This document shows positions 1 through 8,608 of a stretch of DNA of 64,000 nucleotides, in pieces. The notes below the pieces were generated by a model. That model saw only the letters and a list, made by a program, of their open reading frames with translations. It was not told the origin of the DNA and made no database searches. Made by a program: the position numbers and the translations under genes. Origin of the DNA: Rhodothermales bacterium (lineage in GTDB: Bacteria; Bacteroidota; Rhodothermia; Rhodothermales; JAHQVL01); contig JAWKNW010000001.1 in NCBI GenBank assembly GCA_041391505.1, positions 200,410 through 264,409 on the forward strand, given 5' to 3'. Numbering within the stretch: the first letter of the stretch is position 1; each line of letters opens with the position of its first letter.

Positions 1-226
1 TCTGGCCAGCGTCGCCGTCGTCCGTCACCACCTGCTGCCGGCCGCCATCGGGCAGCTTTTCGAAATGGTGCGTCGTCCGGTCGAGATCGAACGGCATCAC
101 CATCGATCCGCGCTCGGCGACGACGGCCTGGCGCGCGGTCGGCTCCGCGGATCGGCAGCCGGCCAGCCCCAACAGGCTCAGGAGGAGGGCGAACGTGCGT
201 GGGTTCTTGCGTTCCGATGGATGCGA
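1..226 (-). CDS. putative lipoprotein, 5' portion only (gene continues past the window start); start codon unresolved
   Basis: Absent from the ORF track because it is open at the window edge. The reverse frame reads SHPSERKNPRTFALLLSLLGLAGC (lipobox LAGC), then RSAEPTARQAVVAERGSMVMPFDLDRTTHHFEKLPDGGRQQVVTDDGD, with no stop down to position 1. There is no ATG/GTG/TTG upstream of the signal peptide before the tRNA at 237. Confidence 0.3.
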
Positions 227-236
227 ACGAGATGCG

Positions 237-309
237 TGCCCCCGGCTGGAATCGAACCAGCGACACCAGGTTTAGGAAACCTGTGCTCTATCCCCTGAGC
301 TACGGAGGC
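237..309 (-). tRNA. tRNA-Arg (anticodon CCT)
   Basis: The reverse complement is GCCTCCGTAGCTCAGGGGATAGAGCACAGGTTTCCTAAACCTGGTGTCGCTGGTTCGATTCCAGCCGGGGGCA. It has a 7-bp acceptor stem with one G-U pair, a D-loop AGCTCAGGGGATAGAGC, an anticodon loop TTCCTAA and a T-arm GGTTCGATTCC. No encoded CCA. Confidence 0.93.
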
Positions 310-362
310 TAAAAAACCCCTGTATCACGTACGCCGGCTACGACGGTTCCGGATTTGGCGGA

Positions 363-1703
363 GTGCCGATTGCGCCTTACCATCCATCGTTTCTTTCACC
401 GGCCAGGCGACAATCCGTGGCAAACGAAGCCATTTACAACCGACGCGCGATATGGGGCTGGGCGATGTACGACTTCGCCAATTCGGCCTTCACGACCCTC
501 GTCGTCACCTTCATCTACGCGACCTACTTCACGGAGGCCATTGCGCCCGATTCCAACAGCGGGACGGGGTACTGGTCGCTCGGGGTGACGATTTCGGCCC
601 TGGCCGTGGCGATCGTGTCGCCGTACGCCGGCGCCATCGCGGATCAGGGCGGCTTTCGCAAACGATTCTTGCTCTGGTCCACCATCCTGGGCGTCCTCGC
701 GACGGCGCTGCTGTTTTTCCCCAAACCCGGTCAGATCGGCTTCGCTATCGCGGTGTTCGCCGTGGGCAATTTCGCGTTCGAAATCGGCGCCGTGTTCTAT
801 AACGCCTTCCTCCCCGACCTCGCCCCGCCCGACCGGATCGGCCGCGTTTCGGGGTACGCGTGGGGACTGGGCTATCTGGGCGGCCTGCTCTGTCTGTTTG
901 TCGCGCTCTTTGTGCTGATACAGCCCGAAATAGCCCCCTTCGGGCTCGACATGGCCTCTGGCGAGCATATCCGGGCGACCAACCTGCTCGTGGCGGTCTG
1001 GTACGGACTCTTCAGCATCCCGATCTTCTTTCTCGTCAGCGAAAAAAAGAAGGACCGGCTTCCGCTTTCCAGCGACCTCATCCGGTCGTCGACCCGGCAG
1101 TTCGTCAATACCTTCCACGAGATCCGGACCTACCGGCACCTGTTCCGGATGCTCGTGGCGCGCATTTTTTACAACGACGGTCTCGTGACGATCATCTCGT
1201 TCGGCGCCATTTACGCCGCCGGCACCTTCGGATTCGATACGCGCAAGATCCTGTATTTCGGGATCGTACTCAACGTGTGCGCCGGCCTGGGCGCGTTCGC
1301 CTTCGGGTACCTCGACGACGTCCTGGGCGGCAAGATGACCATCCAGATCTCGAACATCGGGCTCTTCGCGGCGTCGGCGCTCGCGGTGTTCGCGCAGAGC
1401 GAAACGGCGTTCTGGATCGCCGGCGCCTGCGTGGGCATCCTGATGGGGCCCAACCAGTCGGCCAGCCGCTCGCTGATGGGCCGTTTTGTGCCGCCGGACA
1501 AAGAAAACGAGTTTTACGGCTTCTTTGCGTTCTCCGGAAAAGCGACTGCGTTCATCGGCCCCTTCCTGCTCGGGCGCCTCACCCAGGTTTTCAACAGCCA
1601 GCGCGCGGGCGTCGCGGTGGTGATGGTGATGTTCCTCATCGGCGGCCTCATCCTGCACTCCGTGAACGAGGCCGAAGGCCGCGCCGCGGCAAACCGAACA
1701 TGA
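363..1703 (+). CDS. MFS transporter, UMF1/Atg22-like family
   Basis: 446-aa ORF with many hydrophobic spans. The N-terminal WGWAMYDFANSAFTT motif is typical of UMF1-type MFS permeases. Confidence 0.8.
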   Translation: MPIAPYHPSFLSPARRQSVANEAIYNRRAIWGWAMYDFANSAFTTLVVTFIYATYFTEAIAPDSNSGTGYWSLGVTISALAVAIVSPYAGAIADQGGFRKRFLLWSTILGVLATALLFFPKPGQIGFAIAVFAVGNFAFEIGAVFYNAFLPDLAPPDRIGRVSGYAWGLGYLGGLLCLFVALFVLIQPEIAPFGLDMASGEHIRATNLLVAVWYGLFSIPIFFLVSEKKKDRLPLSSDLIRSSTRQFVNTFHEIRTYRHLFRMLVARIFYNDGLVTIISFGAIYAAGTFGFDTRKILYFGIVLNVCAGLGAFAFGYLDDVLGGKMTIQISNIGLFAASALAVFAQSETAFWIAGACVGILMGPNQSASRSLMGRFVPPDKENEFYGFFAFSGKATAFIGPFLLGRLTQVFNSQRAGVAVVMVMFLIGGLILHSVNEAEGRAAANRT

Positions 1704-2845
1704 TGACCGATACCTCCAGCGCAGCACGGCCCACCGTGGCCGAAATCGCCCGGGCCCTGGAGGTCTGGGCCCCGCCCGCTTCGGCCCAGTCGTACGACAA
1801 CGTCGGTCTGCAAGTGGGCGACGCCGCGGCGCATATCGAAGCGGCGCTGCTCGCGCTCGATCTCACGCCGGCCGTGGTGCAGGAGGCGATCGCCGCCGGC
1901 GCGGGGCTGATCGTGACCCATCATCCGCTGATCTTCAAGCCGCTGCGGTCGGTTCGACGCGGCGACTGGCATGGCGATCTGATCCTCGATCTCGCGAACG
2001 CGGGCATCGCCCTCTATGCCATCCATACCAACCTGGACGCGGCCCACGGCGGCGTCTCCATCGCTCTCGCCGAACGGCTGGGCCTGCGCGGCGTCGACTT
2101 TCTGCGCCCCCTGCCGGACTCGCTCTACAAGCTGGTCACGTTCGTCCCGGAAAGTCATTTCGAGGCGGTGCGCCTTGCCCTCGCGGAAGCCGGCGCCGGC
2201 GCGATCGGCGCGTACGATGCCTGCGCCTTCGCCCTGTCCGGCACCGGGTATTTCCGCCCCGGCCCGGACGCCAACCCGCACATCGGTACGGCGGGCGGCG
2301 GACTCGAGCAGGTCGCGGAACGGCGGCTGGAGGTGGAGGTGGCCCGCTGGACGCTGCCGGCCGTCGTCGCCGCGCTGCGCGCCGCGCACCCGTACGAAAC
2401 CGTGGCGTACGACGTGTACCCGGTGCTCCAGCCCTATTCCCGCACCGGGATGGGCGCCATCGGCGAACTGGAAAGCACCCTGCCGCTCGACGCGTTTCTT
2501 GGGCGCGTGCGGGACCGCCTCGATGCCGGGCATCTGCGTTTCGCCGGCTCGCGCGACGCGTCCGTGCGGCGCGTGGCCGTGTGCGGCGGCTCCGGGAGCG
2601 ACCTGATCGGCGACGCGCTGCGCGCCGGCGCCGATGCGTACGTCACCGCCGACATCACGTATCACCGTTTTTTCGATGTACTGGACGGCGCCGGCGACCC
2701 GCGCATGGCGCTAATCGATGCCGGCCACTACGAGACCGAGCGCCATACGGAAGCGCTGCTCCAGCAGTGGCTGGCGACGCGCTTTTCGAAGGTTCGATGG
2801 ATTCGCACCGGACATGGTACGAGTCCGATGCAGTCTTATCCCTGA
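1700..2845 (+). CDS. Nif3-like dinuclear metal centre protein (YbgI/GTP cyclohydrolase 1 type 2 homologue)
   Basis: The ATG at 1700 overlaps the MFS stop (ATGA). Motifs seen: YDNVGLQVGD, VTHHPLIF, AIHTNLD, DAGHYETE. The length fits the form with an inserted PII-like domain. The track ORF 860..2845 is an upstream extension in the same frame. Confidence 0.85.
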   Translation: MMTDTSSAARPTVAEIARALEVWAPPASAQSYDNVGLQVGDAAAHIEAALLALDLTPAVVQEAIAAGAGLIVTHHPLIFKPLRSVRRGDWHGDLILDLANAGIALYAIHTNLDAAHGGVSIALAERLGLRGVDFLRPLPDSLYKLVTFVPESHFEAVRLALAEAGAGAIGAYDACAFALSGTGYFRPGPDANPHIGTAGGGLEQVAERRLEVEVARWTLPAVVAALRAAHPYETVAYDVYPVLQPYSRTGMGAIGELESTLPLDAFLGRVRDRLDAGHLRFAGSRDASVRRVAVCGGSGSDLIGDALRAGADAYVTADITYHRFFDVLDGAGDPRMALIDAGHYETERHTEALLQQWLATRFSKVRWIRTGHGTSPMQSYP

Positions 2846-3027
2846 GCGGAGCGAGCCGGCGAAGGGAAACGGCCTCTCAGGCCCGTTTTGAAACAATCGT
2901 CAAGATCCGCCCTTTTGCCGCCCGGAAGCCCGGCCGAGCCCTTTCGGGGTGAACATTCCCGCCCGGACGCGGTTTATCATGTTTACGTTCCGAACTCAAG
3001 TGAAGCCTAAACCCGTGGGAGTCGACC

Positions 3028-3798
3028 ATGTCAAGCATTGTCCATGAAAGTGGCATCGGTGAACAACTCAAGGCGCTCATTCGCCTCCAACATGTCGATA
3101 GCCGGATCGACCAACTCGAAAAGATGCGCGGAGACCTGCCCGACGAGATCCGCGATCTCGAGGATGAAAAGACGGGCCTGGAAACGCGCCTGAACAATCT
3201 CAAGCAGGAGGAAAAGGAGAATGAGGTCGCTCTCCGCCAGGCGGAGATGACGATCAAGGAAAGCGAAGGCCTGATCAAGAAGTACGAGGAACAGCAGCTT
3301 CAGGTACGTAACAACCGCGAGTACGATGCGCTGACGAAGGAAATCGAGGCGCAGAAGCAGCGGATCATCGATTCGAACCTGCAGATCGAGCAGATCAACC
3401 AGACCACCGTATCCAACAAGGTGGCGCACGAGGAAGCCGAACTGCGTCTGAAGGACCTGCTCGAAATCCTCGGCGGAAAGCGCAAGGAGTTGGACGAGGT
3501 GCTGGGCGATACGAAGCAGGAGCAGGACGAACTCGAAGCGAAACGCGCGGAAGCGGAAAGCGCCGTCGATTCGCGCTATCTTCGGGCGTACAAGCGGCTT
3601 CGCAGCCGGCTCCGTGACGGCCGCGCCCTCGTTCCGCTGGAGCGCGGCGCCGCCTCGGGCTACGCCGTCCCCCCGCAGCGCCAGGTTGAAATCCGCCAGC
3701 GCAACCGGATCGTCGCCTGCGAACACACCGGGCGCATCATCGTGGACAGCGAACTGTACCTGGAGACCATCGGCGAGATGGATCAGGCCGCCAAGTAG
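3028..3798 (+). CDS. COG1579/DUF164-like coiled-coil protein with degenerate C-terminal zinc ribbon
   Basis: 256 aa with a long heptad-rich coiled coil. The C-terminus LVPLERGAASGYAVPPQRQVEIRQRNRIVACEHTGRII aligns by eye to the usual CxxC..CxxCGRIL zinc ribbon but keeps only one of the four Cys. Its position directly after Nif3 is the common synteny. Confidence 0.6.
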   Translation: MSSIVHESGIGEQLKALIRLQHVDSRIDQLEKMRGDLPDEIRDLEDEKTGLETRLNNLKQEEKENEVALRQAEMTIKESEGLIKKYEEQQLQVRNNREYDALTKEIEAQKQRIIDSNLQIEQINQTTVSNKVAHEEAELRLKDLLEILGGKRKELDEVLGDTKQEQDELEAKRAEAESAVDSRYLRAYKRLRSRLRDGRALVPLERGAASGYAVPPQRQVEIRQRNRIVACEHTGRIIVDSELYLETIGEMDQAAK

Positions 3799-3830
3799 GC
3801 GTTTTCACGCCGTCAACCCGGGCACAAAGC

Positions 3831-4247
3831 ATTATCGTCTGCCGGATCATCGCGTCCCGCATCCGCGGGATGAGGAAAGTCCGAACACCACAGGGCGCCG
3901 TGCTTCCTAACGGGAAGGTCCCGCTTCGGCGGGAACAGCACGTGCAACAGAAAGCAAACCGGCCGATGGTCCCTTCGGGGACACAGGTGACGGGTGAAAT
4001 GGTGGGGTAAGAGCCCACCGGCGTCCCGGGTGACCGGGGCGGCCAGGCAAACCTCACGGGGTGCAAGGCCAAACAATCCCGGCCCGCTGCCGCTTCGGCG
4101 GCAGCGGATAGGATGGCCCGTCGAACGGGATGGGTAGGCTGCTAGAGGCCTGTGGCGACACAGGTCCCAGATAAATGATGATCTCCCGTACGGCCGGCGC
4201 GGCCCGGTCTACGGCGAACAGAATTCGGCTTACAGGCAGGCGATTGC
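3831..4247 (+). ncRNA. rnpB: RNase P RNA (bacterial type A); ends accurate to about 10 nt
   Basis: Contains the universal GAGGAAAGTCCGAACACCACAGGGC core, the GTGCAACAGAAAGCAAACCGGCCGATGG and GGTAAGAGCCCACCGGC elements, GCAAGGCCAAACA, and the 3' ACAGAATTCGGCTTACAGGCAGGCGAT. P1 pairing: ATCGTCTGCC (3834-3843) with GGCAGGCGAT (4235-4244). Confidence 0.93.
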
Positions 4248-4250
4248 CGC

Positions 4251-4285
4251 AAAAAAAGAAGGCAGCAGGACATCGTCCTGCTGCC
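4251..4285 (-). terminator. rho-independent terminator, probably for secG; may also end rnpB on the other strand
   Basis: Perfect 11-bp stem GGCAGCAGGAC/GTCCTGCTGCC with a 3-nt loop (4261-4285). On the minus strand it is followed by TTCTTTTTTT (4251-4260). Confidence 0.7.
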
Positions 4286-4377
4286 TTCGCCCTTTCCGGG
4301 CCTATTTCAGTGCGACGGGCGGGGCATGGATCACGTCAGGATCGCGCCACCGTCTGCGGATTTTTCCGGCTGCCCCA

Positions 4378-4497
4378 GGCCGTGTCTGAAAAATGTTCGG
4401 GGCATCCCTGAGCATCCAAAAAAACCGCCAAAACAGCGTTGGATCCTGAATCACGTTCAGGATACGTTGCAGTCTGAAAGATTTTTCAGACAGAACC
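4378..4497 (-). repeat. roughly 120-nt structured intergenic repeat, copy 1 (second copy at 60119..60241)
   Basis: The reverse complement aligns almost base-for-base with 60121-60237: TTCTGTCTGAAAAAT.TTTCAGAC..., GTATCCTGAA.GTGATTCAGGATCCAACGCTGTTTTGG, ...GGTGCTC..., ...GAACG.ATTTTCAG.CACAGCC. It starts directly after the secG stop. Confidence 0.9.
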
Positions 4498-4862
4498 TAG
4501 TTGTTCTGACCTTCCGGAGCCGGCGTCGCTTCGCCAGCGGGCGCATCGGTGGAAGGCGCCGGGGGCGGAAGCGTCGGCGCAGCCTGTTCGGTCTGCTGGC
4601 CGGCACGCTGCTGCAACACGCTGTTCCGCGTCTCGCCCTTGTCAATCAGGAAGTTCGAGAGGATGCAGAGCACGATGAAAAGGGTCGCCATCGTCCAGGT
4701 TGCTTTCTCCAACACGTCAGGCGCCTGCCGTGCGCCGAGAACCTGCTGCGTACCGCCGGCCGCGATACCCGCGAGTCCGCCGCCACGCCCGCTCTGGATC
4801 AATACAACGAACGTCATCAGGACGGCGATGAGAGCAATAAGGATGATCAGAAAAGTAAACAT
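4497..4862 (-). CDS. secG: preprotein translocase subunit SecG
   Basis: 121 aa with two TM helices. The motif VLIQSGRGGGLAGIAAGG is typical of SecG. Pro/Ala-rich tail. Confidence 0.88.
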   Translation of the reverse strand: MFTFLIILIALIAVLMTFVVLIQSGRGGGLAGIAAGGTQQVLGARQAPDVLEKATWTMATLFIVLCILSNFLIDKGETRNSVLQQRAGQQTEQAAPTLPPPAPSTDAPAGEATPAPEGQNN

Positions 4863-4957
4863 GGGCGTCGATAGGTTTCAGAATGCCCTTTAAACGCAAT
4901 GGGCTTGATAAGATCCTGCCCTGAAGGCGGAAAGTGCGGCGGCCGGCGCCGCCGTGA

Positions 4958-5506
4958 TCAGCTCGTTCCTGCCAGGCTATCTGCAGCCAGACGCAGGGCG
5001 AGCGCGGTTTTCATGTCGGTGATGGCGCCGTCGGTCACGCGCTGGAGCGCATCCCGCAGCGGAAGATACACCACGTCCAGGAATTCGTCATGGTCCGGCG
5101 TGGCGATGCCTTCGCGCAGCGACCGGGCGAGGAAGAAATAGATGCATTCGTTGCTGAACCCGATCGCCGGATGGAAGGCGCCGAGCGGCACCAGTTCATC
5201 GCAGGTCCATCCGGTCTCTTCAGCCAGCTCGCGGAGCGCGGCGCGCTCCGGCCGGTCTTCAGGACCGTCCAGCTTGCCGGCCGGCACCTCCAGAAACTCC
5301 CGATCCAGCGCATAGCGGAACTGGCGCACGAGGATGACGCGTCCGTCCGGCAGGACGGGCACCACGGCGGAAGCGCCCGGATGCACGATCCGTTCACGGA
5401 CGCCCTCGCTGCCATCGGGCAGCCGAACGACATCCCGATACACATCCAGCAGGAGGCCGCTGAACACGGATTTGGAGGAAAGGCGTTCTTCCCGCAGGTC
5501 CTTCAT
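4958..5506 (-). CDS. NUDIX hydrolase (ADP-ribose pyrophosphatase-like)
   Basis: Start MKDLREERL at 5506, overlapping the rsmE stop (ATGA). Nudix box GKLDGPEDRPERAALRELAEETG. The longer track ORF (to 5842) is an Arg-rich extension. Confidence 0.85.
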   Translation of the reverse strand: MKDLREERLSSKSVFSGLLLDVYRDVVRLPDGSEGVRERIVHPGASAVVPVLPDGRVILVRQFRYALDREFLEVPAGKLDGPEDRPERAALRELAEETGWTCDELVPLGAFHPAIGFSNECIYFFLARSLREGIATPDHDEFLDVVYLPLRDALQRVTDGAITDMKTALALRLAADSLAGTS

Positions 5507-6246
5507 CGGGCGGCCCCATCTTTTTGTTGATAATGCAGCATGACGCCGGCACAGGCGGCGATGGCGGCCGTCTCGGCCCGCAGGCGTCGTTCGCCCAGGG
5601 ATACGGGTACGGCGCCGACCCCAACGGCGCGCGCGACTTCCTCGTCGCTGAATCCGCCCTCCGGCCCCACGAGCAGGGTTAACGCAGCCGGCATCCCGGC
5701 CCGGTCGATCGCATCGAGCAGCCCGGATGCGGTGCGGTCCGCCCCCTCGTGACAGATCAACACCAGCTCGTCGGGCACGGCCGCGAGCACCGCGTCGAAG
5801 CCGGCCGGCTCGTGCATGGTGACGCACCGCGAGCGGAGGCACTGCTTCATCGCGGCCTGGAGGATGAGTTCGACGCGATGCAGCCGCATCGACTGCTTCT
5901 CGGTGCGGGAGGTCGTCATGGGATACACATCCGACACGCCCAGCTCGGTCGCCTTCTCCAAAAACTGCTCGAAGCGTTTCTCCTGCTTGAGCAGGGCCAT
6001 CCCCACCCGCATCCGGAAGGCCGGCTCGCCAACGTCGCGCCGGCGCTCGACGATCCGGCCCACGGCCTGGCGGGCATCGATGGCATCCAGGCGGACCCGA
6101 TACCAGCCGCCCTCGCCGTCGACGACGCAGAGCTCATCGCCGGCGCGATGCCGCAATACCCTAAACGCATGCACCGCCTCATCCGCGTCCAGCACGAGCC
6201 GATCGCCCTGGACCCGATCCGGCGGCGTATAGAAGTAGGTCGTCAT
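5503..6246 (-). CDS. rsmE: 16S rRNA (uracil1498-N3)-methyltransferase RsmE
   Basis: 247 aa. N-terminal FYTPP...D..HA.RVLR motif and C-terminal SPOUT motif LLVGPEGGFSDEE. Confidence 0.88.
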   Translation of the reverse strand: MTTYFYTPPDRVQGDRLVLDADEAVHAFRVLRHRAGDELCVVDGEGGWYRVRLDAIDARQAVGRIVERRRDVGEPAFRMRVGMALLKQEKRFEQFLEKATELGVSDVYPMTTSRTEKQSMRLHRVELILQAAMKQCLRSRCVTMHEPAGFDAVLAAVPDELVLICHEGADRTASGLLDAIDRAGMPAALTLLVGPEGGFSDEEVARAVGVGAVPVSLGERRLRAETAAIAACAGVMLHYQQKDGAAR

Positions 6247-6309
6247 CGGAGATACCTATCGATTTCGGCGCCAGGATACTGGTCCGCCGCTCCGGAAGCA
6301 AGCCGGCCG

Positions 6310-8109
6310 TCAGAGCCCAACGGAGATGCCGACATGCACTTTCGCCTCGGTGGGCGCATCGTCCGGACTCAGCGCGAAACTGGTGTTGATCAGCCCCACG
6401 GACGTTCCGAACTGGAAGCCGAACCCGTACCCCGGGTAGACGTCGCGCTGACGCGCCGACGTGGCGGTGGCCGGCCGATCCACATAACCGAGATCAAAAA
6501 ACAGGTACGCGTAAGAGTCGCGCTCGAACTGGTATCGGTACTCGGCGAAGCTCCGCTGCACGAATTGTCCCCGGAAGCGATCCTCCTCGTACCCGCGCAG
6601 GCTGGCGGCCCCGCCAAAACGCAACAGGTCGCTTTCATCCAGTACTTTTCCAATAACGGCATTCGCTTCTCCCCCCAGCACAAAAACCTGTCGGGCCAGC
6701 GTCGGCACATACAGCCGCGCCTGCATCGCAAGCCGCTCCTGGCGGACCAGCGCCGTGACGCTGGTCGTATCCGCCACCCCGAGGGAGGAAAAAGCCACGC
6801 GCTCCTTGTTTCCCCGTTCGAAGCGCGTCTCCGCCGCGAGCCCGCGGCGCGGATTGGTCAGGCGATCGACCCGGCGATACCGCACCGTCGCGCCGGCGAA
6901 GACGGCGTCGGAGCGCGCGATACGCTGCTGCCCGCCCACCAGCTGCGCTCCCGCAAAACCCGGACGCGTCACTTCGCGACTCACGGTAAGCAGCACATCC
7001 AGGCCGGGGGCCACCCGGTAGCCCATCGCGCCGAGGTACCGCTGGGTGGCGTAGGTGGAGTCCTGCTGCAGCCCGAGGAACGTCATTTCGAGCTGGAGAG
7101 GCCATCCGGCTACGTAGGGATCCCGAAACGAGGCTTCGAGCCGGCTGATCTGGCCCGGGAGCCGATTCAAGTGCAGCGCCATCACGCGGCCGCCGCCGAA
7201 CAGGTTGCGGAGTTCGAGATGTCCGTTTCCAACCAGCCCCTGCGAGCGGGCGCTCCCCGCCGGGGGTTGATACCCGAGCACGAGATCGAACACACCCGGC
7301 GACGCCTCTTCCACCACCATGCGCAGCGCGATCGCGCCGGAAGGCAGGCGATACAGCACCGGCCGCTCCACGCGGGCAAAGAAGCCCGTCTCCTCCAGCC
7401 GCAGACGCACCTCGTCGAGGTCGCGCGCCAGCACGTCGCCGGCGCGCAGCCCGGTCAGCCGCTCCACATACGCGCGCCGCGTCCGTGCCGCGCCGACGAG
7501 TTCGACGGCGGCCACCGTCACCGGCTCGCCCTCGTCTACCTGCAGCTCGACGATCAGACCGTCTTGCGCCGTGGCGCCCAGTTCGATGCGCGCTACGGAC
7601 ACGGCCGCCAGCCCGTAGCCGCGTTCCGTATAGGCAACCAGCAACGCGTCGATGTCCGATTCGAGCGTCTCGGCGTTCAGTGTACGACCCGGACGCGTTT
7701 TCATCAGGGCGCGGAGCGTTTCGGCCGTCATCACGCGGGCGCCTGAAATCCGAACCTCCGCGATGCGCGGCGCCGGCCCCGGATGGGCATAAACCACGAC
7801 GACCGGCGCGGCGCCCGGAAAGGCGCGAATCGAATCCACCCGCGCCTGATAATGCCCGTCGCGCTGCAGGGCGTCGATCACCGCGCCGGCGACGAGCGCG
7901 AGGCTGTCGGGGTGCCAGCCGGGCGCCGGCTTCAGCGCGCGCTGGGCGCGGCCGTCGTTGACAAACCAGCGAACCGCCTCGCCGCCGGCCTGGGCCGCCG
8001 CATCGTACCCGCCGACCGACATCCCCAGCGCCAGACAGGCAAACAGACACACCCATTTTTTCGACGGCAACCTGGTGGGTTTCCCGCCGGAATTTGCATA
8101 TCTTTGCAT
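6310..8109 (-). CDS. Omp85 (BamA/TamA) family outer-membrane protein; start uncertain
   Basis: Signal peptide KKWVCLFACLALGMSVGG, POTRA-like segments, then a surface-antigen beta-barrel (GYGFGFQFGTSVGLINTSFAL). The ATG at 8109 is the first start that keeps the signal peptide. An internal GTG a few codons later is also possible. Confidence 0.75.
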   Translation of the reverse strand: MQRYANSGGKPTRLPSKKWVCLFACLALGMSVGGYDAAAQAGGEAVRWFVNDGRAQRALKPAPGWHPDSLALVAGAVIDALQRDGHYQARVDSIRAFPGAAPVVVVYAHPGPAPRIAEVRISGARVMTAETLRALMKTRPGRTLNAETLESDIDALLVAYTERGYGLAAVSVARIELGATAQDGLIVELQVDEGEPVTVAAVELVGAARTRRAYVERLTGLRAGDVLARDLDEVRLRLEETGFFARVERPVLYRLPSGAIALRMVVEEASPGVFDLVLGYQPPAGSARSQGLVGNGHLELRNLFGGGRVMALHLNRLPGQISRLEASFRDPYVAGWPLQLEMTFLGLQQDSTYATQRYLGAMGYRVAPGLDVLLTVSREVTRPGFAGAQLVGGQQRIARSDAVFAGATVRYRRVDRLTNPRRGLAAETRFERGNKERVAFSSLGVADTTSVTALVRQERLAMQARLYVPTLARQVFVLGGEANAVIGKVLDESDLLRFGGAASLRGYEEDRFRGQFVQRSFAEYRYQFERDSYAYLFFDLGYVDRPATATSARQRDVYPGYGFGFQFGTSVGLINTSFALSPDDAPTEAKVHVGISVGL

Positions 8110-8131
8110 AAATCTCGTTCGCAACAAGACT

Positions 8132-8575
8132 ATGCCCATATCTCGTGTGATGCTGTCCGCTTTCGCTACCCTGATCCTCGGGGCGGCGCTCGTACTGACG
8201 GGCTTCCAGCGCCCGTCGGCCGGCGATCCGGTCGTGACGATCCCGCAGGTGGATATCGTGGAGCAAACGAATGCGGCTACCCTCCGTTCCTCCCTCGACG
8301 GGCTCCCGCTGGAACGTCGCGAGGTGCCGGCCGAATCCCTGTCGTTCGTCGTCGCTTCGGGTGAAGTGCTCATCTTCAATCTGCCGACCTCTTTCGGTGC
8401 GCAGGAGATCGACACGTATCGGCTCAAACGCGCGCCGGCGCTCAGCTGGCTGGTGGAGCGCTCCTACTTCTGGCGCACGCTCGCCAAGGATGTCGGCGAG
8501 CATACGATCGTTTTTGAAGGCCTCGCCGGCGGACGCGTCGCGGAGGAGGTCTACGTCCTCGTGGATGTCCGCTGA
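8132..8575 (+). CDS. hypothetical secreted/membrane-anchored protein
   Basis: In-frame start MPISRVMLSAFATLILGAALVLTG (signal or anchor). No recognisable domain. An alternative start lies at 8150. Confidence 0.5.
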   Translation: MPISRVMLSAFATLILGAALVLTGFQRPSAGDPVVTIPQVDIVEQTNAATLRSSLDGLPLERREVPAESLSFVVASGEVLIFNLPTSFGAQEIDTYRLKRAPALSWLVERSYFWRTLAKDVGEHTIVFEGLAGGRVAEEVYVLVDVR

Positions 8576-8608
8576 CGCGCGGCAGCCCTCTCGCTTCTCT
8601 CTTTTTAT

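Noticed and set aside
65-298. 77-aa plus-strand ORF
   Set aside because: It overlaps the tRNA-Arg gene and the antisense of the lipoprotein-like frame, and has no protein-like features.
396-1727. 443-aa minus-strand ORF antisense to the MFS gene
   Set aside because: Arg/Gly/His/Glu-rich low-complexity translation typical of shadow ORFs in high-GC DNA. The opposite strand has a clear MFS permease.
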